A DNA stretch of 63,758 bases, counting the filler, from Stramenopiles sp. TOSAG23-3 (lineage: Eukaryota): assembly GCA_900128585.1 (NCBI GenBank). It is 9 parts of 9 records of this genome, joined end to end, with 100 filler letters (N's around TTAATTAATTAA, not from the genome) between each part and the next. Parts side by side here need not be neighbours in the genome. Positions count along the whole stretch, not along the records: positions 43,324 to 51,861 come from LT643007.1; positions 51,962 to 60,494 come from LT643008.1; positions 60,595 to 62,126 come from LT645723.1; 6 more parts are not named here. One strand, 5' to 3'. The notes beneath the pieces were generated by a model. It worked only from the letters and a program-made list of their open reading frames with translations, had not been told where the DNA came from and made no database searches. The position numbers and the translations under genes were made by a program. Below, piece by piece: positions 50,710 through 61,069 of the stretch. Positions within the stretch are counted from its first letter, which is position 1. Every line of letters starts with the position of its first letter.

Positions 50710-51577
50710 TCGTCAAAATCAAACACCCCAATTATTTACTAAGTGCTTGAAAGAAATACGTTTTTATCTATAAAAGCCTTCGTGCACAGAATGAACAGAA
50801 AGAACGTCTGTAATAGGGAATGTGCACACGGGTTGAGCCTGCATTTTGATGTTTACCTTGAGTACTTCTTTACGAAACTCTTACTTCGCGAAAGAAGCAT
50901 TTTTTTGGCGGAGGCTAGTTTTTCATTGGTAGGTGGTGGTGGATAATAATATAATAATAATACAGCCACACCCGTTCGGGCGAGACCCCGAGATAAGGTT
51001 TTGGTGTGATTAAATACTTTTACTTACTATACAAGCTACAAGTATTGTTAAGAATAGGGTTATTATTTATGTTAACTGTCTTCACGTCCACGAATTAATT
51101 ATTAAGGTATCAAGAGCAAACAGCTATATGCTATCATAGCTGAAGAAGACGAGAAGCAGCAGATACCGATCGATGATTGAAGAAACCGCACTGCAGTACG
51201 AAAATATACTGCAATGAGAAAAAGAATTATTTAAAACGATTGTTTTGATCTTAGAAGTTTTGGGAGTACGAGTACTCGAACGGATATTGAAAGAGCCATA
51301 GAAACGGAACGAAAAGTGCGATACTTGAAGTTTTGATTTCTAGAAACCTAACCTAAGTTTATACTATCTATACTACATAGAGAAGCGGAAGAAAAAACAG
51401 AAGGTAAGACCCCCCCCCTATAGACTATTAATTCAATCACTGACAACCAGCGTCAACACGTTCAATCTGTATACGTCACACAGAGCGACGATAGGGTATC
51501 GCCCAACCAATCTGCCCCTCAAGTGGGACAGATCGCTTGGAAGAAATCAAAGAGGGGGTCTTTTACGCTTTAAAGTA

Positions 51578-51861
51578 ATGTTTTCTTTTCTTGCAAGTTG
51601 GTGGAATTGGGCAGAAGCGCCTCAAGTATCAGATCCAAACACACCTATTGGAATGAGCCCGGACCCTCACCCTGATAATAGGCGTTTTGAACAAGTCGCA
51701 GGACAAAATCAAAATGAAAACGCATATGTCAGCATAGACAATTTGCCAGTCCCTCTGTGGACGCAAGAGGTGTCACCTGAATCGTGGGAGTTTAACTTCA
51801 AACGAGCCTATAACGCCTGTCCCGAGTATGAGTTGCTCCACATTTACGAATATCTTATTAT
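51578..51861 (+). CDS. Hypothetical protein, 3'-truncated
   Basis: ATG 51578; frame open into the spacer; no recognised domain. Confidence 0.5.
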
Positions 51862-51961
51862 NNNNNNNNNNNNNNNNNNNNNNNNNNNNNNNNNNNNNNN
51901 NNNNNTTAATTAATTAANNNNNNNNNNNNNNNNNNNNNNNNNNNNNNNNNNNNNNNNNNNN
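51862..51961. other. Artificial contig spacer
   Basis: N44-TTAATTAATTAA-N44. Confidence 0.98.
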
Positions 51962-51962
51962 T

Positions 51963-52559
51963 TCCATCTCTATCATAAGTGGATTTGGTACGGCATCGTC
52001 TTCCGGCAGCGTAATCATTCGAACCTTGAATGCTGGTGTACAAGGTGTGAGTGGCGAATTGATGCTGCAAACTGGCAATGCACAAGCAGGCAAATCACCA
52101 GGGAGCATCACGCTAAAAACTGGAACAAGTGGCTCAAATGTGAGAGGTAATATATTGTTCGATACCGGCACCGATGCCCCAAAAGGAGTTATTATCGCCA
52201 ATGGCGACATGACAGTAGAGGGAAATTTACTAGTCACAGGGACGTACCCTGGCAGTAGACGAAGATTACTTCGTAACGTGGTAAAGGTGGCAAATATTAA
52301 AACAAAAAAACGACTGTCCGTCATAGAAGGTGAAGAACTGCCGAAACTTCGGTTGGAGTTTAAAAGATTAGAATCGGAGATCGTGTATTTAAACAAGCAA
52401 TTCGAAAGAATGACCAGGCAGACGCACTATTGGATGTTTTTTTCCTCATTCATATTGTCAGCGTTAGGGATTTCAATCTCTTTTCTTCTTCTGGAAAGGA
52501 ATAAGCGTATCAAATTACCAGTCCAATTTGAGGAATTTGAAAAAACTTCTTCAGTATAA
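51963..52559 (+). CDS. C-terminal part of a Gly/Ser/Thr beta-repeat surface protein with coiled coil and TM anchor
   Basis: Open from the contig start: SISIISGFGTASSSGSVIIRTLNAGVQGVSGELMLQTG...GSITLKTG...GNILFDTG; coil LPKLRLEFKRLESEIVYLNKQF; TM WMFFSSFILSALGISISFLLL. Confidence 0.75.
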   Translation, partial: SISIISGFGTASSSGSVIIRTLNAGVQGVSGELMLQTGNAQAGKSPGSITLKTGTSGSNVRGNILFDTGTDAPKGVIIANGDMTVEGNLLVTGTYPGSRRRLLRNVVKVANIKTKKRLSVIEGEELPKLRLEFKRLESEIVYLNKQFERMTRQTHYWMFFSSFILSALGISISFLLLERNKRIKLPVQFEEFEKTSSV

Positions 52560-52908
52560 ACATTCTGGGGCAAAGATTTAAAGTATAACAATAGTATAGT
52601 GAGTGCATACCATGGAAAAGAACGGAATTTTTCGTAAATGAAAATGCTTGTTCTTCTGAGAAGAATATAGAATTGTTTTTTAAGCACCCTGAATGGTCAG
52701 CAAAAGTTGGATACACACAAATTAAAAAACAGCACCAGTCTCTTTTCAGTTTTCAGTGGACTATCTGTGGTCTGGGGTACCAGGATTATGCGAACGCTAT
52801 AATTAATGGAATACGTTCGCCCATGCCCTGAACATCAATTAATAGTCTCAACCGATTTTTGATTTTCAGAAAAGGACGTGTATCTTTACTTGTCCTCTTT
52901 TCATTTTA

Positions 52909-53700
52909 ACTAAAAACAAAAAATAGTGGCTGTTATTTAACGTAAATACTTCGTAGTTAAAATTTATCTTCTTCGAGTGTACCGTGAATGTGAATCTGCT
53001 CCTCCTTTTGTCCATTAAAGGCTATTATATAATCGAATTTAGATTTTTTAATATGTTTAGTCGTCTAATTAATATTATTCACTAGACGACTACAGGATTA
53101 CAAGATCACCTATAAAAGTTTCATTGGAATAACACTCGACAAACAACGGGGAAAAGAAAGAGAAAAAAACGTCTTCTTTATTATTAGTAGTCCTATTATT
53201 AGATAAATCTAGATTTCAGTTCACAGTACATTAATTTTAATTAGTCTACTTAAATAACAGCCAATTTTCTTGTTTTTGATTAGTTAGTTTGTCTTTCTGG
53301 GTAAGAGATGGAAGGTGCGCCTTTCTGCGCATCAAGATCTAGAGGTAAATGCTGAGCAGATTCATTTTTTTGCGGTAATATATATAAGCTAAATATGAGG
53401 AAGCTAAATTTTAATACATTACACTTCTTTAATTTTGAAATTTAGCTTCCTCATATACCGCGAAAATGAATCTACTCAGCATTTGTCCATTAGTGGCAAT
53501 TAGAGGACTACATTCCTTCATGTACTGCGAACTGATCTCAACTGTGGTGATTTTAGTAATCAATATACCCTTGTCACTTAGTCTTGACTATCATGTTCAG
53601 ATGCACTCCATGCTCCATGCGTGATCCGAATCGGTGAGTGAAAACGCGTTAACGCCATAAAACCACTTTAATTAACAGCCAATTTTTCGTTTTTATTAAT
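52909..53700. mobile_element. Cluster of nested or inverted copies of the dispersed repeat family
   Basis: + copy 52909-53021; inverted terminus 53248-53283; - fragment 53347-53411; + copy 53438-53640; inverted terminus about 53668-53700. Confidence 0.85.
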
Positions 53701-53787
53701 TACAAACAACAATTTTAGATTTCGAACAATCAATGATTGATATGAAGTGAGACTCTTTAAGCATACTAAATATAAATATGGTTTTTT

Positions 53788-54129
53788 TTAATCATAGATA
53801 TACGCGCCTTTAAAACATTTATGCCGCTGTTTACTTGCCGATTGGAATCTTGACCGGAAGTCGACCGGGACCCCGCAGTCTTCGAGGAGTGTCCTGACGG
53901 CCGGGAGGTCGTTGCTGGCGCAGGCCGAGACGTAGCGGGACGCCAGGTCTTTCTGAGACGAGGAGAAGTCCCCACGGGAGTGCCAGCCGTCCTGATCAGA
54001 CATTCTAGGCGCTCCCCGTTTATTTTTTCTCGCGTGAGATGCAGGCGAACGCCACGCAAGCGTTGGATCGGCACGTTTGGATGCGGAGCGTTGTGCAGAC
54101 AGTGTCAGACACCCCATGACCCATGGCAT
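53788..54129 (-). pseudogene. Ankyrin-like gene fragment
   Basis: GC-rich island encoding RYVSACASNDLPAVRTLLEDCGVPVDFRSRF, then loses coding character; lies between repeat copies. Confidence 0.4.
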
Positions 54130-54349
54130 CTTGAACTTCGTGGATTGTTTAGTGGTATTATAATAGTTACGGTAGGGTGTTTTATATCTCGCAACGTTTA
54201 GTGTGACTACATCATTGCACATGCTATAAAGATGCGATAATGATATTTCATATTTATTGTATCAGTAGTGTGTCTATTCTATGTACGCTGCCGCCGTCTA
54301 GCCACCTTATGGTTTCATGTAATGCCTCCTCGTGCTAAGAGCGTGTTTC

Positions 54350-54542
54350 TCAGACATGGGAATTATAGTCAAGACTAAAAGTGACAAGGGGTATATTGTT
54401 CAATATTGGAATATATCTCCTCGTTGATTGACAACTAACGAAACAAAATTACAAAACCAAAGAGTTAGGATTAGGGGAGAAAGCTAAATTTTAAATTACT
54501 TAAAAATATATAAAATAACAGCCAATTTTCTTGTTTTTAAAT
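54350..54542 (-). mobile_element. Dispersed repeat family, variant copy with CCCTAATCCTAAC segment
   Basis: Minus strand: TTAAAAACAAGAAAATTGGCTGTTATTT...AATTTAGCTTTCTCCCCTAATCCTAAC...CAATATACCCCTTGTCACT. Confidence 0.85.
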
Positions 54543-54646
54543 ATTTTGGCTTTTTATAAAAGGTTTTTAAGAGCGTGCTTAAATTAAAATTCTCAGAAGT
54601 AACGTTAAAATGTTAAGACAAAAATTATCTGGGTCTTCATTTCCCT

Positions 54647-56620
54647 TCAAACAAGCACCCGCCGTGCTTTCGAATTGCCGTCCGTTTGACGCGGATCTGG
54701 TTTACCTACATTCCTTGCGGACGCTCGGCGCATTTTTTGGAATGGGTTCTTTTTGCCTACGGCGCGCTCGGCTTCATCATCGCTATCGTCGTTCTCTTTC
54801 ATAGATTTTCGAATCTTCTTCTGCATTGCTTGGATTTCTTTTAAGTGGTCTTCACTAATTCCTAACGGACCATTAACAATGTTCTGTCTTCTTCGACTAT
54901 TTCGTTGCCGAAATTTTCCCTGTTCAATACGGTTTTGTACATCTTTCCGTAAGTTGGTGACGTCCAACGGTGCAACTCTCAGAAAGCTTCCACGGGCTCT
55001 TGATTCCCCTTCTATGGGATCGAAGTCCCCAAACGAAGGCGGGTTCGGGGCCTTGATTGATTTCTCTACTGCTTTATCAATGGGCTCTAGTCTAACTTCT
55101 TCCTCATCCTCTTTGTCACTCTCGTCTTTTTGTTGCACTGGTTTTTGTGTCAGCTTCAAGAATAAGTTTGAGATCGTAATCGCCTGCTGCTCCATAATCC
55201 CCAGTACGCTGGAGGTGTTTGAATCCGTAACGCCATTGGCAACCAACTCCCGGTTCAGCTCTACTTGATCGCATCCCATTAAACGAAACAGCTGCAGGAG
55301 AAGTGGCTGGATCACTTTTATAAGTTTTTCCATGCCTTCGCTGTTTTCCTGGTATTCCTGGACTTTTTTCTCCAGGCGTTTTCGGTCGTCATTGAGTGTC
55401 GACACTTTTCGCTGTCTGGACACGCCGGTTTTGGTGTATTCTTTGGAATAACGAGATATGTCGGTGCGCAAAACACGTACCTCAGCAACTGCTTCTTCAA
55501 TGTCCCGGTTCAACTCGTTGATGTGTTTGTATACAGAAAAATTTCTATGCTCGGAACGCAAAAATGTGTCAACCAGTTCATCAAGCGATTCTATCCCCGT
55601 TTCTTTGGTTATCGTCTCAAACGCTTCTTCCATACTGTCTATATATTGTTTTTTCTGTTCCCTTTTCTTCGACTGTTGCATTTCGTTCAATTTGTTCATC
55701 GATGCCCGTTTCCGCAAGTTTTCGAAGCCTTTCGCGTGGTGCGCGTGCCCTTTATCTTTGACAGCTGCCTTTTTCTTTTTATTTTGAGTCAAGTGGATCT
55801 CTGCCATTTTTACTTTCCATTTTAATTTAAAAGCTTTCACACCTTCGGCAATTAAAGTTGTTAGCGCGGCGTTGTTTAAGTCGACCCTGGCAATAGCTTT
55901 CAGCGTGTCGTGCTCTTCTTCCGATAATTTCAAAATTTCTTGTTTCTTTTCGTCTCTCTGGTGTGTCATCTTTGCTAATTTTTCTTTCTGTAGAGTCAAT
56001 GTAAGTCGCTGTCCGTCAATCCTTTCCTTCCGTCGTTCGTTCTTTGTTTTGATTGTGCTCCCTTGCTGCTGCCTAGTCTCTACCAAACGCTCCAACAAGT
56101 CTACATCACGTTGGAGCATGGCAGGGGTGGTTCGGTTAGCCAGGGCCCGTTTCGTACGCTCATCTATCATATCACTCAATTTTTTCTTCAATTGTTTCTC
56201 CACACGAGACAGGTGGTCGTGCTGTTCGCTCAAGAATCCATACTGCTGTTGAAAACTAGAAGCATCACCCTGGGCTTTTCTAGCTTCGTCGAATTTTGCC
56301 AGGTTTAACTCCCTCAAAATTGCCCGGTCTCTCGCGTGGGCGGCTCTTAGCTTGCGTTTCTCTTCCTTTTTCTTGGCCAAGTTTAGGGCTAGTTTCCTCC
56401 GAGCTTCCCGCGATGCCTGCACCCTCTCATCCGGCCCACGCTCCATCCTTTCGTACGTGCTTTGCTTTTGCTCCACGAAATTTCCCGCAAAACGCAGACG
56501 GTACATCAAGGCCTTTTCGGCATCATAAATTTTTTTTGTTTTCACCTTTTCAGGTGGCCGTGGGGTGGCGGCATCGTCCGAGTTGGCGTCCGACGGTTTT
56601 CGTGCGATCCAACTGTTCAT
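54647..56620 (-). CDS. Outer dynein arm docking complex coiled-coil protein (ODAD1/CCDC114, Chlamydomonas DC2-like)
   Basis: MEEAFETITKETGIESLDELVDTFLRSEHRNFSVYKHINELNRDIE and GVTDSN....LGIMEQ match the DC2 family signature. Confidence 0.85.
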   Translation of the reverse strand: MNSWIARKPSDANSDDAATPRPPEKVKTKKIYDAEKALMYRLRFAGNFVEQKQSTYERMERGPDERVQASREARRKLALNLAKKKEEKRKLRAAHARDRAILRELNLAKFDEARKAQGDASSFQQQYGFLSEQHDHLSRVEKQLKKKLSDMIDERTKRALANRTTPAMLQRDVDLLERLVETRQQQGSTIKTKNERRKERIDGQRLTLTLQKEKLAKMTHQRDEKKQEILKLSEEEHDTLKAIARVDLNNAALTTLIAEGVKAFKLKWKVKMAEIHLTQNKKKKAAVKDKGHAHHAKGFENLRKRASMNKLNEMQQSKKREQKKQYIDSMEEAFETITKETGIESLDELVDTFLRSEHRNFSVYKHINELNRDIEEAVAEVRVLRTDISRYSKEYTKTGVSRQRKVSTLNDDRKRLEKKVQEYQENSEGMEKLIKVIQPLLLQLFRLMGCDQVELNRELVANGVTDSNTSSVLGIMEQQAITISNLFLKLTQKPVQQKDESDKEDEEEVRLEPIDKAVEKSIKAPNPPSFGDFDPIEGESRARGSFLRVAPLDVTNLRKDVQNRIEQGKFRQRNSRRRQNIVNGPLGISEDHLKEIQAMQKKIRKSMKENDDSDDEAERAVGKKNPFQKMRRASARNVGKPDPRQTDGNSKARRVLV

Positions 56621-57486
56621 GGCCAGCGTTATTTTTCCGTTCAGTGCACGTAAAATGTTCTCCCAGCCAAAGGTTTTGGTGTATGAACAAGATGCATTTA
56701 AATTTGTTGACGAAAGGACTTCTTTCGTATGGAATTCCTCGCCAGTTATCCTTGCGACGTGGTGTCAACGAGCGTCATTGCTGTGTAAGAATTGAGGTAC
56801 GAGGAGCAAGGAAGGAGGAGCAAGGAGGTATAGGAAAGGAAATAATTTTTTGCCATTTTTCTCTTACTGCTGCTGCTTCTGCAAGCTATTCATAGCACGG
56901 CTTTCATTAACGTTAACAAAAAAAACGCCAGTAACTGCCGGTTTCTCTACCGTTTTATTATTTTTAAGGTCATTTTATATATAATTACTATTATAATATA
57001 TTATATACATTTGTATATAATCAATATAATTGAGGAAATATAATATAATAATTTATTGCTTTACTTAATATTTATAATATTGTATACTAATATATATTTT
57101 CATAGATTAATAAATATGAGAAAATGAAAATATTGAAAATTGATTCTATAGGCCTTATTATAATTGGTTTTTTTTTCAAAAGAAGGGCGCTATTATATAA
57201 ACACAGCATTAGAGTGATTTTGAATGGTTTGGTTGTTTCTTTTTAGTAAAATGGGAATTACAATGCTATCTTTATGTATTAAAAGATCCTTCGAGAAGAA
57301 AAAAAAAGTTGAATGAATCAGCTCACTACTGGACAGGACAGAAAAGAAGAGCCACAAACAACCGCCCGCGCAATTAATCTCCTCTATCCTCTATTGTATT
57401 GCAATGTTATTAAAAAAATATTATATTTTTTAAACAACGGAAGAAAGAAGAAGAATTTATTGGAACTAAGGTTTCAAAGAAGATGT

Positions 57487-57622
57487 GTAAGTCGTACTAT
57501 TTGGTCGTCCAGTTTGCTTTTCAAAGGTAGTTATAAATTATTGAATTCTTTACAATTTTAGAACCACATGAATGGTAACTCAATACTTAACTGGTATTCA
57601 TTTTCTAATAAGATACTTTTAG
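57487..57622 (+). other. Candidate intron just upstream of the CFAP298 start (5'UTR or micro-exon)
   Basis: GTAAGT donor at 57487, TTCTAAT branch-like site at about 57603, TTTTAG acceptor at 57622. Confidence 0.45.
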
Positions 57623-57657
57623 TACGATTTAGCTTAGCTGCTTTAAATTATTTGACC

Positions 57658-58539
57658 ATGGTTAAATTTCACTTCAAAAAGTCCGACACGGAACAGTTCC
57701 TTGCGGAAGGGAAGACCACCGAGAAGAACGAAGACGTAATTACCCGCCTTGTAAAAATTTGGAACACTCGATTAAGGGTTGAACGTCTGTGCGGGTACGC
57801 TCTTCAGCTCGCTGATTATGGGCCTGCAAAGCCGGCGAAAGAGCGTGGTCTGGATCACCTGCAAGAGGAGGCAGACCAGGCTGCGTTGGCCCACGGTGAA
57901 GCAGTTCCCGATCGTAAACGAAACGAATATTACCAAGAAGACCCGTTGGGTGGGCGCACTGGTAACCGTTGCAAACCAGAATTAGCCGCCGTCATCAAGA
58001 AAACCGTGGAAGATGCGAGGGCGGCGGTCCACGCGAACCAAGTCAAAATGAAGATCCCACTGACGCTAGAAACAATGCAAGAAAAGATCGACAACATTCG
58101 TGGCGCCGTAATGATTTGCTACCCCATGGGTTTGCCCCCGTACGACGAAGTCCGCCAAGAGATTGAGGACAACGCGGAAATACCAGGGATGGGAGGGCAA
58201 GCTGTCCTTGACCCGGAAGACGTCAGTATGTGGTGGGCCGGAAAAGAGTTTGTTCGCGGGAAATTAATCTCGGACAGGTTGGGCAGAAACGAGAAGACCA
58301 AAATTGTTATCAAGCTACAAAAGAAGGGAGCTGGCGCACCAGCTCGTGAACCAGCAGTCACGGAAGACGAAAGGAAGGCGATGATGGCCCATTATTTCAA
58401 AAAGCAAGAAGAAGCAAAAAAGTTAGCCGATGATGACGACGATGGGTACACGAACTCGTCATGGGCCGATTCAAAAGCCCTGAAAAAGGGCTTGACTGGA
58501 ACTGGCAGCGTCGCCTTTCGCCCGGGTATGCGCATGTAA
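57658..58539 (+). CDS. CFAP298: Cilia- and flagella-associated protein 298 (C21orf59/FBB18)
   Basis: MV.FHFKK....QFL, RGAVMICYPMGLPPYD, WWAGKE, GRNEKTKIVIKL.KKG.GAPAREP, MM.HYFKKQEE, NSSWAD...LK. Confidence 0.95.
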   Translation: MVKFHFKKSDTEQFLAEGKTTEKNEDVITRLVKIWNTRLRVERLCGYALQLADYGPAKPAKERGLDHLQEEADQAALAHGEAVPDRKRNEYYQEDPLGGRTGNRCKPELAAVIKKTVEDARAAVHANQVKMKIPLTLETMQEKIDNIRGAVMICYPMGLPPYDEVRQEIEDNAEIPGMGGQAVLDPEDVSMWWAGKEFVRGKLISDRLGRNEKTKIVIKLQKKGAGAPAREPAVTEDERKAMMAHYFKKQEEAKKLADDDDDGYTNSSWADSKALKKGLTGTGSVAFRPGMRM

Positions 58540-58617
58540 TGGCGACACGCGCGTACGCAAGCGGAGCGACCGGCCGCTTCTCTGAAAGTACAACTCAAGA
58601 ATGGGCCTATGATACTG

Positions 58618-58655
58618 TAATAAAAACAAGAAAATTGGCTGTTATTTAAGTAACT
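58618..58655 (+). repeat. Solo terminus of the dispersed repeat family
   Basis: TAAAAACAAGAAAATTGGCTGTTATTTAAGTAA between two convergent genes. Confidence 0.9.
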
Positions 58656-58779
58656 GTAATAAAAACCAAAAATATGTTTTGTTAAAAAAACAAATTATAT
58701 AGTATGTTTTGTTAAATAAAACAAAAATATTTAATTTGCTAACGTCCATTCACTAAACACAGACATTTATCTACAGGTC

Positions 58780-59838
58780 TTATGCGGAGTACTTTTCCTT
58801 CATGGCTTTGACAACCGCTGCGGTCTCCACCAAAAGGCGCGCACGCAGTGCAGCATCGGCTATGGATGGGGCCAGTGCCCACTTTGATTGCGGAAACCAT
58901 TCGCCGTCGCACGGCGCATTGAAGATAAATTTTCCACTTGTACCAAACGTAAGGTGGGTGCCACTAATGCCTTTAAATGCGCTTGATCCTCCTGCGCACA
59001 GCAAGGTTTTGCATCCCAGCTCGGGTTTGCGCTGTCCCATCACACGTTTTGCAAAGAATCCATATAAGCACCCCATTTTTTGCTTCAGCAGTTGGATAAC
59101 CTCGGCGTTTGTTTCCACTGAACCCGGACATACTATGTTTAATGTTACGCCTGGGGCTAAACCTCCGTCATCAACAACCTTAGCCTTTACCCATGCGTGC
59201 TGCGCCAATTTGCTCTGTGAGTACGTAAATCCATTTGGGAACGAAATTTTGTGTTTTCCATCCTTTGCAGATAGAAGTTCCATATCAAGCACCCCCTTCG
59301 ACATGTCCACAGCGGTAAAACTTCCTACTACCACAACTCTGCTTTCACTGCCAGAGGCTTTGGCAGATTCTGCCATAAGAGGAGCTAAGCCTTCCGCTAG
59401 GATAACGCACTGGAGATAATTTACTGCGTAATGGTACTCAAAATTGTCATCTTGGGTGGTCCTTTCTGTTATTGACACGCAGTTAAAAGCGCCTGCATTC
59501 AGCAATGCCACGTCAAGTACCGACTCGGATACCAGGATCTTGGAAATAGCACTTAGAACTGCCGAAGGGCGCGACAGATCAGCCAGGTACGTTGACACTT
59601 CCAATCCTTTTTCACGAATTTGTTTTGCCAAATTTTCGCTCAGCGTTTTATTTCGGTTCAAAAGAACAAGTTTCTTCGGTCTGCAATCAGCAGGCAGGGA
59701 CATAAGCTCCTGCACAGCAGCGCGTCCAATCCCGTTCGTGCAGCCAGTGACGAAGACAACTTTGGAAAAAAAGTTTGACCTGTCGAAGGCTTGGGCCTCC
59801 GCCAATTTCTGCTTTTCTCCTCCGTACTTTTTGGACAT
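58780..59838 (-). CDS. Short-chain dehydrogenase/reductase (retinol dehydrogenase/WWOX-like)
   Basis: VFVTGCTNGIG, ADLS, LLNAG, VNY, YSQSK, VCPG.V.T. Confidence 0.92.
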   Translation of the reverse strand: MSKKYGGEKQKLAEAQAFDRSNFFSKVVFVTGCTNGIGRAAVQELMSLPADCRPKKLVLLNRNKTLSENLAKQIREKGLEVSTYLADLSRPSAVLSAISKILVSESVLDVALLNAGAFNCVSITERTTQDDNFEYHYAVNYLQCVILAEGLAPLMAESAKASGSESRVVVVGSFTAVDMSKGVLDMELLSAKDGKHKISFPNGFTYSQSKLAQHAWVKAKVVDDGGLAPGVTLNIVCPGSVETNAEVIQLLKQKMGCLYGFFAKRVMGQRKPELGCKTLLCAGGSSAFKGISGTHLTFGTSGKFIFNAPCDGEWFPQSKWALAPSIADAALRARLLVETAAVVKAMKEKYSA

Positions 59839-60494
59839 TTTTTTAACCTCTATGTATTCCTGAATAAATCTATGTATGTGTTAGTTATAAAACGTTTGCT
59901 GCAGGAGCTTCATTTGCGTTCATTTCTGTAGAATTTTTCTTTTGAACTCGTCGAGAGACAAGAACAGAAGAAATGTGTAAGAAGAATTTAAGATAGAAAT
60001 ACCACGCCATAAACGCATATGAGAGAAAGAAGAAGGAAGAATGACCCTTTTTTTTCGAATTATATGAAATGCGAAATTTCGCATTTAAAAAAATGCCCTA
60101 CTGCCACCTACTATTAATCCAATACGTACGTAGTACAATAAAATAATAAAACCAATTTTAATTCTTTTTTTTTTTAGTAGTCTCTACTAGTACGAGGACG
60201 TAGTTAGTCTAGTTAAACTGGACAAGTGTTAAAATTGGAGAAACAAGGACCTGGTCTTTTCTTTTCCTAATAATAATATTACATTATTCCCGTCATAACC
60301 ACGACGAGGAGAGTCGTCTCAATTAATACGCCTCGTTATTGACAATGTACTACTGGTACAAGGAGTCCTCGTGCTTTGTATCAATAATAAAATAAAAAAA
60401 AGTTCAAAAAAATTGCCAAAAAACAGAAGAAAAATAAAAGTAACTCCACTCCTTCATCAAACAAACACAACAGGACATAACAGGGCACATTCTG

Positions 60495-60594
60495 NNNNNN
60501 NNNNNNNNNNNNNNNNNNNNNNNNNNNNNNNNNNNNNNTTAATTAATTAANNNNNNNNNNNNNNNNNNNNNNNNNNNNNNNNNNNNNNNNNNNN
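60495..60594. other. Artificial contig spacer
   Basis: N44-TTAATTAATTAA-N44. Confidence 0.98.
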
Positions 60595-60596
60595 GA

Positions 60597-61034
60597 TTGC
60601 GAGAAGAAGAAGAAAAAAGGCAAACAGAAGCAAGAGAAGCGAAAGAAAAGCAAGCCGAACTAGAAAAACAACTACAGGAAAAAGAAGAAAAAAGGCAAAC
60701 AGAAGCAAGAGAAGCGAAAGAAAAGCAAGCAGAACTAGAAAAACAACTGCTGGAAGGGATGGCAGAGGCGAAGGCTAAGGAGGACGAACTGGTGCAAAAA
60801 CGTCTGGAGTTAGAAAACGATTTGCAGAGAGCACAAAGAAAAGCACATTTATCTGAGTTCACCCTATCTGAGTTAAAAAAACAAAACGACATTGCAAACA
60901 GGTTGGTCAAAACCGGTGGGAAAATAGTACGTAGTGGTGGTGGTAGTAGTAGTATGTCTACCCGCACTAGTGGACGGAGGCAAAACTCAGCAAATATGCA
61001 AAGCGGTGCATGGGAAGGCCACATTCATTATTGA
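60597..61034 (+). CDS. C-terminal fragment of a coiled-coil protein with 25-aa tandem repeats
   Basis: EEKRQTEAREAKEKQAELEKQL occurs twice (75-bp DNA unit); frame open from the contig start. Confidence 0.75.
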   Translation: MREEEEKRQTEAREAKEKQAELEKQLQEKEEKRQTEAREAKEKQAELEKQLLEGMAEAKAKEDELVQKRLELENDLQRAQRKAHLSEFTLSELKKQNDIANRLVKTGGKIVRSGGGSSSMSTRTSGRRQNSANMQSGAWEGHIHY

Positions 61035-61069
61035 GCATTATTCTTTGTGATGCTGGAGGATGAAGAACG

